A stretch of 64,000 bases of DNA, from the NCBI GenBank assembly GCA_021201135.1, contig JAJQGT010000009.1, positions 48,715-112,714 of the forward strand, written 5' to 3'. How positions within the stretch are numbered: the first letter of the stretch is position 1; every line of letters begins with the position of its first letter. The notes beneath the pieces are model-generated. The model saw only the letters and a list, made by a program, of their open reading frames with translations, was not told the DNA's origin and did not search any database. Source of the stretch: Oscillospiraceae bacterium (lineage in GTDB: Bacteria; Bacillota; Clostridia; Oscillospirales; Ruminococcaceae). Below, one piece after another: positions 19,141 through 27,333 of this stretch. The position numbers were made by a program, and so were the translations under genes.

Positions 19141-20238
19141 CTATTTGGAATTCAGAAGCTCCTCAACCTTGTCTCTCCTCTCAAAGAGCACACAGCCGCC
19201 GGCATGGTCTTCGACGAGAACGTCGCCGTCTCTCAGCTCCGTAAACAGCCTTGAGTGAAGAGCTTCCCTGACGGAAGTATCCTTGACGCTGATATCGGAA
19301 TACGGCGAGAACGGGCAGGGCTCAGCTCCACCGTGGGAATTGATGTGGAAGAAGCCTCTCCCCGCCGCAAGACAGCCGCCTGTCGCCTTTTCGTCTCCCG
19401 GGAAGGAAACGAAAATCATCTCCTGATACTTCTCGCGGAGCTCCGTCATCTTGTTCCTCAGAAACTCTCTTTCGGAATCTCCGGGAGCGAGCTCTGTACT
19501 GTCATCGGTTACCGGAACGAATTCCACATAAATAACCGCCTTACAGCCCCGCTCCTGAAGACCCATAAGGAAGTCATCCGACACAACCTCGTTTATATTC
19601 GAAGTCGTAACGGTTACGGAAGCGCCGAAAATCAGGTGATTTGACTTGATTTTATCCATCGCCTTGACCAACAATTTATAGATTCCGTCGCCACGTCGTT
19701 CGTCGGTCTTGTTTTCATCGCCCTCGATACTCAGAATCGGCACAAGATTTCTTGCGCTGTCGAAAAGCTTGATATAGTTGTCGTTCATCATAGTGCCATT
19801 GGTGAAGACGGGAAACAGGATTTCAGGATACTCCGCCGCCTTTTGGAGCACATCCTTCCGCATCATCGGCTCGCCGCCGGCAAGAAGAATAAATCCGATG
19901 CCCAAATCCCTCGATTCCTCGAATATTCTTCCCCACTCGTCAGCCGTCAACTGGTCGTATGCCACTTCATCCACGCACGCGTGATTCTCTCTTGCATAGC
20001 AACCGGCACAATGGAGATTGCAGTTGCTGGTTATACTTGCGATAAGAAACGGTGGGATATGCTCGCCCTGTGTTTCAAGCTCGGCGCGCCTCTTTGTCGA
20101 CTCACGGCTCGAGAGTGCGAACTTCGCCATAAAAATGCTCTCCTTCGGGTCTTTCAGTGTTGCCCTGATTGCACCCTTCACAAGATTCTCGACCCCGCCC
20201 GCCATATATTCCGACAGATTAAATTCTTTTTCAGACAT
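19141..20238 (-). CDS. Radical SAM protein (C-terminal Cys-rich auxiliary-cluster-like region), function unknown
   Basis: 365 aa with CNLHCAGCY (CxxxCxxC) and a C-terminal GGCLAAG...EPCPFSP...GGC region. Confidence 0.8.
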   Translation of the reverse strand: MSEKEFNLSEYMAGGVENLVKGAIRATLKDPKESIFMAKFALSSRESTKRRAELETQGEHIPPFLIASITSNCNLHCAGCYARENHACVDEVAYDQLTADEWGRIFEESRDLGIGFILLAGGEPMMRKDVLQKAAEYPEILFPVFTNGTMMNDNYIKLFDSARNLVPILSIEGDENKTDERRGDGIYKLLVKAMDKIKSNHLIFGASVTVTTSNINEVVSDDFLMGLQERGCKAVIYVEFVPVTDDSTELAPGDSEREFLRNKMTELREKYQEMIFVSFPGDEKATGGCLAAGRGFFHINSHGGAEPCPFSPYSDISVKDTSVREALHSRLFTELRDGDVLVEDHAGGCVLFERRDKVEELLNSK

Positions 20239-20239
20239 G

Positions 20240-20665
20240 TTACTCTCCTTTTAAAACTGCACATGCAAACTTTTTGGCGGCTTTCAGGTCGTCGTCATTC
20301 GGATGACCCTTGTGAAGCGCAGTAAATTCGCCACGACAGTAGAAATTCTTTTCTTCAACTCTGATGCCTTTGTCCTGCAACCTCTGCTTGATTTGTGGAA
20401 AAGCCCGCTCGGCGAGTGCGGAGGTTGAAAAGACAACCACTTTGCCGATTTTGTCCTTATCCAGCTTGTCGATAAACTCCTTGACGTCGGAGCTGATTCC
20501 GCCCCAGTATACGGAAGCACCCAAGAAAAGCAAGTCAACACCGGCATCAACCGGCACAGATATCGGCATTGCCGTGCAATTCAGCGCTCCGGCTATTGCT
20601 TCCGCCACCTTCTTTGTGTGTCCTGATTTTGAAAAATATCGCACTGCTACCTTCAGATTGTCCAT
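20240..20665 (-). CDS. Flavodoxin-family protein
   Basis: 141 aa with KVAVRYFSKSGHTKKVAEAIA. Its stop lies directly adjacent to the radical-SAM start. Confidence 0.8.
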   Translation of the reverse strand: MDNLKVAVRYFSKSGHTKKVAEAIAGALNCTAMPISVPVDAGVDLLFLGASVYWGGISSDVKEFIDKLDKDKIGKVVVFSTSALAERAFPQIKQRLQDKGIRVEEKNFYCRGEFTALHKGHPNDDDLKAAKKFACAVLKGE

Positions 20666-20822
20666 TAAAATACCTCCGATTTTAAAATTTGTTCTTAAAA
20701 AAGTCTTTACTCTTGATTTGATACCTGCTATAATGTAATTATACCACGCGGCAATTCAATGTCAATTACGCAGTTTTTGCGGATTAAGTAAGAATTAAAG
20801 TACCTGTAGAGGAGGAATTTTA

Positions 20823-21170
20823 ATGGCACATGAACACGTTTGCCCTTGCACGGTCGGATGTCCCTTACAGAAGACGATGAGCGCAATCGGCGGAAGGTGG
20901 AAGATGTCCATCATCTGCTCGCTGTCTCAGGATGGGGCGACGAGGTATAACGACCTCAAGCGCAAGATGAGTGGCATTTCGAACACCATGCTTGCCAAAT
21001 CCCTGAAAGAGCTCGAGGACGACGGGCTCGTCAAGAGAACCGAGTATATGGAAGTGCCGATAAGAGTCGAGTATGAGATAACCGACGCCGTCCGGTCTCT
21101 GACGCCGATTCTTGCGGAGCTTGCGGTCTGGGGAAGCCAACTGCCGGATAATGAAAAGAGCGACTGTTGA
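20823..21170 (+). CDS. HxlR-family winged-helix transcriptional regulator
   Basis: 115 aa with CPLQKTMSAIGGRWKMSIICSL. Divergent from the flavodoxin/radical-SAM operon. Confidence 0.88.
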   Translation: MAHEHVCPCTVGCPLQKTMSAIGGRWKMSIICSLSQDGATRYNDLKRKMSGISNTMLAKSLKELEDDGLVKRTEYMEVPIRVEYEITDAVRSLTPILAELAVWGSQLPDNEKSDC

Positions 21171-21183
21171 GCCGCTCTTTTTC

Positions 21184-21858
21184 TTATTTATTTTCTTCGG
21201 ATAATTTCCTGCAAATCTTCTCCACCACAGGGAAGAACACCCCGCCGACGGCGTTTCCGAGGGAGACTGTGAGAAGCCGGAGAATCGACTGCCCGAAGTC
21301 CTCGAAAATCACGCCCGAGATGCACCAATAGTACATGTCGGCGATGCTGTGCTCAGTGCCACTCAGGATAAAAACTGAAACGCCCAGGAAGAGCGAAAGA
21401 TACTTGCCCAGGTCATGCGGGCACTTGGCGAAGCCGTTGACGGCGACGAAGATACAGACGTTGCAGATTATTCCTAAGATAAAGAGCGACAGAAGCGACG
21501 AATCCATCTTCGACTCGACCATCTCCCGTGCCGTGACGTTGATTCCGGAATCCGTCCCGCAAAGCCCCGTGAGCTTTTCGAGCCCCGCCATCAGCATACA
21601 GCCGCAAAGATTCCCGAGCCAGACGACTGCGAGAAACAGAAGATACTTCGGCTTGTTGTCGAATATGTAGCACGCCTTGCCGGTGAAGAGGTTATAGCCC
21701 CGGGTGCAGATGATGAACAGCCCGATTGCAAATAAGAGCGCACCGACCACATTTCCGCCGGTAAAGGCGTCTTTAAGTCTTAAGAACACAGTCCCGCCCA
21801 AGCCGATTGAGAAGCCGGCGAGGACTGCAAGCAGGAAATCGCGTAAGTATTTTTTCAT
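21184..21858 (-). CDS. Formate/nitrite transporter (FNT) family channel
   Basis: About 224-aa six-TM ORF with FNT-like sequence. The ATG at 21858 is preferred over the GTG at 21870. Confidence 0.7.
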   Translation of the reverse strand: MKKYLRDFLLAVLAGFSIGLGGTVFLRLKDAFTGGNVVGALLFAIGLFIICTRGYNLFTGKACYIFDNKPKYLLFLAVVWLGNLCGCMLMAGLEKLTGLCGTDSGINVTAREMVESKMDSSLLSLFILGIICNVCIFVAVNGFAKCPHDLGKYLSLFLGVSVFILSGTEHSIADMYYWCISGVIFEDFGQSILRLLTVSLGNAVGGVFFPVVEKICRKLSEENK

Positions 21859-21969
21859 GTATAAGTGCACCGCCTGTCTGAAGGGTTTTTAGTATTATAG
21901 CATAGATATGAGTATAAATCAAGGAACACATCTCGCAACATTTTTATCGAGAAATTTGTTGCTGATAGG

Positions 21970-21998
21970 TTGACAAAAATGTATTACAGTGATATACT
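21970..21998 (+). promoter_or_regulatory. Promoter of the antitoxin gene
   Basis: TTGACA, 17 nt, TATACT. Confidence 0.5.
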
Positions 21999-22022
21999 AT
22001 CAGTAAGGAGGTGAACGGCATC

Positions 22023-22343
22023 ATGTTGAATCTCAGAAGTGCGATTGAAAATACCGTTCCGATTACTCTGTTCAACCGAGGACAGGCAGGCAAAATTTTT
22101 GAAGATGTCAAACGTGACGGCGCAAAGGTCGTAATCAAAAACAACGTCGCCGAGTGTGTCCTCCTCTCGCCGGAGGAATATATCAGGCTGATGGATGAGA
22201 TTGAAGACGCAAGACTTCTCACTATAGCCAATGAACGCATGGCACGCTATGACCCGAGTAAAACCATTCCTGCGGAGGAGGTTTACAAAGAGCTTGGAAT
22301 TACTGAAGAAGACCTCGAAGACGTAGATGTTGAAATTGAATAG
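22023..22343 (+). CDS. Phd/YefM-family type II antitoxin, no cognate toxin gene adjacent
   Basis: AAGGAGG RBS followed by the ATG at 22023. Contains VVIKNNVAECVLLSPEEYIRLMDEIEDARLL. The gene is followed by a hairpin (22363-22390), not a toxin ORF. Confidence 0.7.
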   Translation: MLNLRSAIENTVPITLFNRGQAGKIFEDVKRDGAKVVIKNNVAECVLLSPEEYIRLMDEIEDARLLTIANERMARYDPSKTIPAEEVYKELGITEEDLEDVDVEIE

Positions 22344-22423
22344 ATATAGTTAATCCCCACCCATGCTCGAATTTAGCACAGGTGGGGGTTGCATTTTCAT
22401 CCAAAACATGCTATAATAGCATT

Positions 22424-22531
22424 GGTGGTGGGTGAGGCGATTTGCCTCTCCGCCGTCCCTGCTTAGCAGGAAACTGATTAAGAAATCTGCAATCGCAGGA
22501 ATCATTTCTTGCGATTGCAGGTTTCTTTTTT
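22424..22531 (+). ncRNA. Candidate ~105-nt structured small RNA or leader (promoter to intrinsic terminator)
   Basis: TTGCAT (22389-22394), 17 nt, then TGcTATAAT (extended -10, 22409-22417). Internal hairpins GAGGC/GCCTC and CCTGC/GCAGG. Terminator is a CTGCAATCGC/GCGATTGCAG stem (22487-22520) plus a T-run. No ORF with an RBS lies inside. Confidence 0.45.
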
Positions 22532-22605
22532 ATTTACAGGACAAATTTTGGGACTGACATTTGGCTTTTTGCCGATATCAGTCCTCTTTTTAGTACTAGC
22601 TTTGA

Positions 22606-22634
22606 TTGACACATGGATTTTGCAGTGGTACAAT
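22606..22634 (+). promoter_or_regulatory. Promoter of the tandem small-peptide genes
   Basis: TTGACA, 17 nt, TACAAT, preceded by TGg (extended -10). Confidence 0.55.
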
Positions 22635-22666
22635 GTGCTTGAAAGTAAACGAAAGGAGGCATCTGT

Positions 22667-22777
22667 ATGAAAATTGTAATAGTTTTAAGTATGATAAGCA
22701 TTGCGCTTTCGGCAGTCTCAGTTGTACTCGCTGTCATATTGCTCGTGAAAGCCATCAAAGCCTTTAAGGAGAAGTAA
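22667..22777 (+). CDS. 36-aa single-TM peptide (MKIVIVLSMISIALSAVSVVLAVILLVKAIKAFKEK)
   Basis: GAAAGGAGG lies 7 nt upstream of the ATG. Hydrophobic core with a Lys-rich tail. Below the ORF-track cut-off. Confidence 0.55.
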   Translation: MKIVIVLSMISIALSAVSVVLAVILLVKAIKAFKEK

Positions 22778-22830
22778 GCGTTGTCAATGCGATAACCGCG
22801 GTATGGTCATCTCAGAAAGGAGACAAAATC

Positions 22831-22932
22831 ATGAGAGCCTTAAGATTTTTAAGCGCGTATTTTTTCGCGATTGGTGCTTTCAAGCTTATAATCGCGTTGG
22901 TAATGCTCGCAAAAGACAAAAAGCAAAACTAA
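22831..22932 (+). CDS. 33-aa single-TM peptide (MRALRFLSAYFFAIGAFKLIIALVMLAKDKKQN)
   Basis: GAAAGGAGA RBS. Hydrophobic core with a Lys-rich tail. The terminator follows immediately. Confidence 0.55.
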   Translation: MRALRFLSAYFFAIGAFKLIIALVMLAKDKKQN

Positions 22933-22953
22933 GCGACCCTGGTCGCTCTTTTG
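22932..22953 (+). terminator. Intrinsic terminator
   Basis: AGCGACC-CT-GGTCGCT followed by CTTTTG. Confidence 0.6.
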
Positions 22954-23074
22954 CCTCATAATTCGGATTTAGTCTGATGCATCTTTATCCAGAATATGCT
23001 ACAATTAGTTTAGAAACATCAGAAAAGGTATAAACGAAAGAAGCAGTCCGCCGTTACAGCGAACTGCTTTTCTA

Positions 23075-24385
23075 TTACAGAATATAGCTCGTCACGCAAT
23101 CGTACCAATGGACAAACCTATTCCCGTTGACGGTGATGATCTCGTTCTCCGGCAGGAGCTCGCTCCAGGGCTTCTTATACTTCCCTATCGCCCAGGTGTC
23201 GGCGTTGAAGCGGCGCCAGAGGACGGTTTTGCCATTCTCGTCAAGATACTGCTCGCTGGCGACGCCGTCCTGGTAGTTCTCGATGTCGACGACACAGACT
23301 GTGTCGTAAACTTTGCCGCCGATGGTGACGGTGTAGCGTCCGACAACATCAAGGACATTCTTCGAGCCGGTGCAGGTGATATTGTCACCGTCCCTCCGGA
23401 TGATGCCCTTCGGGGCGAGGTTCACCTCGTTGCCGCAGTTATCCTCGCCGAAGCCCCAGTTATCGAGGAAGTCGTCGCCGTCAAGGAAGGTGTAGAGCTT
23501 GCGGACGCCGTCCTCAATATGACTTTCGGCTAAGATTCTTGAGTGCGTGTCGGTGAGCTGAGCGACGAAGGTGCGGCAGACGGGGTTGTCGCCGGTGGCG
23601 TTTTGGTCCATCGGGTCAAATTCGGTTGCGTGAATCTCGACACCCTCAATGCCGTGAACCACAGCTTTACCGATGACTTCCATCATGACCTCCTCGGTCT
23701 TTTTCTTTTCGGGGAAGTCGTACATCGCCCAGCTGAGCTTTTCGCCGATTCTCGGAACGACGAACCAGCCCATCATCTCCTCCCACCTGACCGGGAACGG
23801 CTCGAGCGGGGACTTTTCGATTCTGTAATTCGGAATGAGCTCCGGCATGATGTTTAGTGTGTTGTTCATAATAACCTCTTCTTTCTTGGGGTTAAGCCGT
23901 TCGGGGAACTTCCCTCGCAAGCGGCTTTTCGCGTAGTGCAGGCGGCTTTTGACGGTGCCGACGGGGATTCTGAGTATCCTCGCGATATCCGCCTGCGGAA
24001 GCTGTTTGAGATAGTAGAGCCGGAGGATTTCGCTGTCGCGGTCCGAGAGCTCACCGAGTGCCTCCGAGACGTCGCTCCTGAGCGAGATTCCGTGGATTCC
24101 GATTGAAAGCTTCTCCTCGGGGACGCTTTCGATATCCACGAGCTCGAGCTCGCGTGCCATCTCGCGGTAGCGGTCGCGGCACTTGTTGCGGGCGATGCCG
24201 ATAATCCAAGCCTTGAAGCTGTCGCGGTTCTCAAGCCTCTCAAAGCCGAGATACGCCGCAAGATAAACCTCCTGCAGGACGTCTTCGGCTTCGCTTACCG
24301 GGATTTTGAACTTGACGTATCGTTCAACAGCGTTCCTGTTCTCCCGCAAAAGCCTTTCAAATTCTGTCTGCAAAGCAGTTTCCAA
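23075..24385 (-). CDS. ECF-type sigma-70 family factor (about 165 aa) fused to an uncharacterised, non-membrane ~270-aa C-terminal domain
   Basis: GGAGGTGAGG RBS followed by a TTG at 24385. Region 2 is DVLQEVYLAAYLGFERLENRDSFKAWIIGIARNKCRDRY. Region 4 is LSDRDSEILRLYYLKQLPQADIARILRIPVGTVKSRLHYAKSRL. The same frame stays open for about 270 more codons. The track's longer ORF reads through tRNA-His. Confidence 0.8.
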   Translation of the reverse strand: METALQTEFERLLRENRNAVERYVKFKIPVSEAEDVLQEVYLAAYLGFERLENRDSFKAWIIGIARNKCRDRYREMARELELVDIESVPEEKLSIGIHGISLRSDVSEALGELSDRDSEILRLYYLKQLPQADIARILRIPVGTVKSRLHYAKSRLRGKFPERLNPKKEEVIMNNTLNIMPELIPNYRIEKSPLEPFPVRWEEMMGWFVVPRIGEKLSWAMYDFPEKKKTEEVMMEVIGKAVVHGIEGVEIHATEFDPMDQNATGDNPVCRTFVAQLTDTHSRILAESHIEDGVRKLYTFLDGDDFLDNWGFGEDNCGNEVNLAPKGIIRRDGDNITCTGSKNVLDVVGRYTVTIGGKVYDTVCVVDIENYQDGVASEQYLDENGKTVLWRRFNADTWAIGKYKKPWSELLPENEIITVNGNRFVHWYDCVTSYIL

Positions 24386-24473
24386 AGGCCTCACCTCCGA
24401 ATACTTATTAAAACCGGTTTCACTTATATAGTCGCGCAAATCGCGAAAAAGGTTCAAGCACTTTTCAGGAAAA

Positions 24474-24507
24474 GTGCAAAAAAGCGGCTTCAAATCGAAA
24501 CCGCTTT
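24474..24507 (-). terminator. Intrinsic terminator after tRNA-His
   Basis: Minus strand has an AAGCGG...CCGCTT stem followed by TTTTTT. Confidence 0.5.
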
Positions 24508-24512
24508 CATTC

Positions 24513-24590
24513 TGGGGTGGATAATCGGACTCGAACCGATGGTCTTCAGAACCACAATCTGACGCGTTAACCAACTACGCTATACCCACC
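24513..24590 (-). tRNA. tRNA-His (GTG)
   Basis: 78 nt on the minus strand: GGTGGGTATAGCGTAGTTGGTTAACGCGTCAGATTGTGGTTCTGAAGACCATCGGTTCGAGTCCGATTATCCACCCCA. Anticodon loop is TTGTGGT. It has the extra 5' G (G-1) and an encoded CCA. Confidence 0.93.
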
Positions 24591-24679
24591 ATTTGCTGAA
24601 CAACAGTGTGATTATATCACAAGTTGCGGGAAAATGCAATAGGGAATTTGAAAAAGTTTTTTGGAAAAACAGAGCGACC

Positions 24680-25540
24680 TTAATGGTCGCTCTGATTTTT
24701 CCAGTCATATTTTTTCTTCCTCGGGAAGGAAGCGACGACAAACAAGAGGATTATCAGCGGGATTGCAACGCAGATGGCGACGATTATCGTGTCTATCTTC
24801 GTCGCCTCGGCGGTCACCCTTATCTGCTTGACCTCCGTCGTCTCGACACGCGTGCCCCGCACAAGAAGCCGATGGGTATTGATTCCATATGGCGTGCAGG
24901 TCATGAGCGTCACATAATCCTTCCCGTCCTCGATATAGAGATATTCCATCTCCGAGGGCAGGACTATTGCAATCTGATCGACTTCATATGTGAGAACCTC
25001 GCCCAAGACCGTGATAGTGAACGTGTCCCCTATCTCGAGATCATCAAGGTGGGTGAAGAGCGTTGCGCTCGGCAGTCCGCGATGAGCAGAGATTACCGCA
25101 TGGGTGCTCTCCCCACCGACAGGCAGGCTCGAGCCCTCCATATGTCCCGCACCCGAAGCGAGCACGCCACTCGAGGTGCCGTGATAGATGGGGAGCTCCA
25201 CGCCGATTGACTCAATCGTCACATAGCCCATGACCCCCGAGCCGGTGAGGTCCAAAAGGTCGTAATAGCCGTACTCCTCGAGCAAATCCGTCTGGGAATA
25301 AGCCGCCGCCGAGCCCATTTTCGCCACAAGCTCGTTAAACTCCTGCGCCGCCTCGAGGTATGCCGAATAATCCGCCGCCGACAACGAAGCCGCCGCCTCG
25401 TCATACTCCGTGACAAAGTGCGAAGCGATATTACTGTTCCACCAGTTACTGACGGTAGGGTACAAGAGGACCAGCACTCCCACAATGAGCACCATCAAGA
25501 GCCCCAAAGACCCCAACCATCCTCTTATACTCTTTCGCAT
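24680..25540 (-). CDS. Class C (pilin-polymerising) sortase
   Basis: GGAGGGG RBS followed by the ATG at 25540. N-terminal TM segment, HRGL, the TLMTCTPYGINTHRLLVRGTR catalytic-Cys motif, and the C-terminal TM anchor typical of class C. Confidence 0.88.
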   Translation of the reverse strand: MRKSIRGWLGSLGLLMVLIVGVLVLLYPTVSNWWNSNIASHFVTEYDEAAASLSAADYSAYLEAAQEFNELVAKMGSAAAYSQTDLLEEYGYYDLLDLTGSGVMGYVTIESIGVELPIYHGTSSGVLASGAGHMEGSSLPVGGESTHAVISAHRGLPSATLFTHLDDLEIGDTFTITVLGEVLTYEVDQIAIVLPSEMEYLYIEDGKDYVTLMTCTPYGINTHRLLVRGTRVETTEVKQIRVTAEATKIDTIIVAICVAIPLIILLFVVASFPRKKKYDWKNQSDH

Positions 25541-25652
25541 AAACCCCTCCGGCACTTCGTGCCACCTCCCCTTCCGTGGGAGGCTATAAGTTCGCGTTGC
25601 GAACTTAGGAAGAACGCAAAAGCGTTCTTCCGTTTGTTCTCTCAAAACTTTT

Positions 25653-27257
25653 TTACTTGTCTTCGTCCTTCATTCTCTTTTTGGTGATAAGAAGGATGAC
25701 AGCCCCAATAACCAACACTCCGCCTACAACATAGAAGATGGTAGTACCAATGCCACCGGTGGTGGGCATGGCGCCTGAGGTGGAGTTTGCAACCTCAATC
25801 GCGTAGTATGTGCTGTTATAGGTATTACTAAAATTATCTGCCAATAGCACATAACTACCGTTTCCCGTTTCGGCAATTACAACAGAGGTTGTATTAGGTG
25901 ACGGCATAGCATAACCTGTAGGTGCTGTTGTTTCAGTCAATGTATATGTGCCGACGTCAAGCCCTTGTATGTGAATATAACCATCACTACCGGTGGTGAT
26001 ATAACAAGCATCCACCAAGCCAGATACCCAACCGGTTAAATATCCACTCGAATCAAAAGTGGCATAATAAGTACCATCGCTCAATGTAAACACCGCACCA
26101 GAAAGTGGTGTACGAGGAGTGCTCGTACCAGAAGAATCGTACTTATAGACATAGAACTCATAGATATAAGTTGAGACTGTTGCCTTTCTTGCATCGTCGG
26201 CATCACCGCTCACATAAAGATACGCTGTATTGACATTAGCATTAGCTGTACTGGTAGTGCTGATATCAACACTGCTTGCCGTGCTAACTTTTACTGCATA
26301 CTCAATAACAATATACGCATCTGCAGGTGTAGTTGTATTAAGAACATAGTTATAATAGTTACCTGATGTGGTCTCTGCAAGCAATTCTGCAAAGTCTATC
26401 TCAAAAGAGCAGTCAGTAACTGCAGGATTTGCCGAGCAAGTAGTTGCTGAATAATCATAATCACTATCTGTTAGTACAACTGATTTACTATCGCAGTCAT
26501 ACAACGTTACTGTCATCGTAACATCAGAGTCTAATTCATATCCGTCAGGCAAAACATCGTGAAGTACGAGAGTAGTCGCTTCGTCAATTCCTTTAATGGT
26601 TATCTGGTAATAGAGAGTATCGGTTAAATCTGCCGTACTTACAGAACCGTATGTGCCAGTTGAACCCGTCTTTACCTCTTTTGTAAGAATAGGCTTTGTG
26701 TTTTTATCGTTTACTGTTGCTATCAAGTTTGTCGTTGTCAGTTCAACAAGTGAACCTGCATCTGAAGAAACGAGGTAGTAACCAAGAGCCAAATCGTTGA
26801 ATGTTACTGAACTATTGGCGCTTGCTGTATCGGTAGCTATTACAGTCGGAGTCGAAGAAGTGGTATAATCCGATGCCAACTGTGCAAAAGCCTGAACGAC
26901 CGAAGTAGATGTGTCACCAATCCATGTGACATAGTACTTGCCATCAGCACTGTTATAAGTAACAGACACATAATTTGAAACGTTAGTTGCAGTTCCACCG
27001 TTTCCCGAATTTAGCGTACTGTCCCAGAAGAAATTCAGCCACCCATCCGCAACGGTGTATGAATAAGCGTCAGCTCCATCCCAAGTGAGGTCGAGCAGTT
27101 TATATAACTTATATGTTGCTGATTCTGTGGTGGAAGTATTCTTTACAGTAATCGAACCGGTAGTCGCTTGCGATGTCGCCCCTACCTGCACGGCGCACAA
27201 ACTCATCATCATGACAACCGCAAGCAGTAGGCTTACTATTTTCCTAAGTTTTTTCAT
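25653..27257 (-). CDS. Sortase-dependent pilin / surface protein with Cna-B (SpaA-like) fold and an MPTTG sorting signal
   Basis: AAAGGAGA RBS followed by the ATG at 27257. Signal peptide MKKLRKIVSLLLAVVMMMSLCAVQVGA. E-box-like YTLTETTAPTGY. C-terminus is AMPTTGG, a hydrophobic segment, then KKRMKDEDK. Confidence 0.85.
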   Translation of the reverse strand: MKKLRKIVSLLLAVVMMMSLCAVQVGATSQATTGSITVKNTSTTESATYKLYKLLDLTWDGADAYSYTVADGWLNFFWDSTLNSGNGGTATNVSNYVSVTYNSADGKYYVTWIGDTSTSVVQAFAQLASDYTTSSTPTVIATDTASANSSVTFNDLALGYYLVSSDAGSLVELTTTNLIATVNDKNTKPILTKEVKTGSTGTYGSVSTADLTDTLYYQITIKGIDEATTLVLHDVLPDGYELDSDVTMTVTLYDCDSKSVVLTDSDYDYSATTCSANPAVTDCSFEIDFAELLAETTSGNYYNYVLNTTTPADAYIVIEYAVKVSTASSVDISTTSTANANVNTAYLYVSGDADDARKATVSTYIYEFYVYKYDSSGTSTPRTPLSGAVFTLSDGTYYATFDSSGYLTGWVSGLVDACYITTGSDGYIHIQGLDVGTYTLTETTAPTGYAMPSPNTTSVVIAETGNGSYVLLADNFSNTYNSTYYAIEVANSTSGAMPTTGGIGTTIFYVVGGVLVIGAVILLITKKRMKDEDK

Positions 27258-27333
27258 TGTAAAGTCTCCTTTATAATAATATTTTTTGGTTTCCGTGTTT
27301 TGGTGAACACTTGGCAAATGAAAGAGGCATTTT

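Noticed and set aside
24386-24574. N-terminal extension of the sigma-factor ORF (track start 24574)
   Set aside because: The extension reads straight through tRNA-His and its terminator (MVNASDCGSEDHRFESDYPPQ is translated tRNA). The TTG at 24385, with its GGAGG RBS, is the plausible start.
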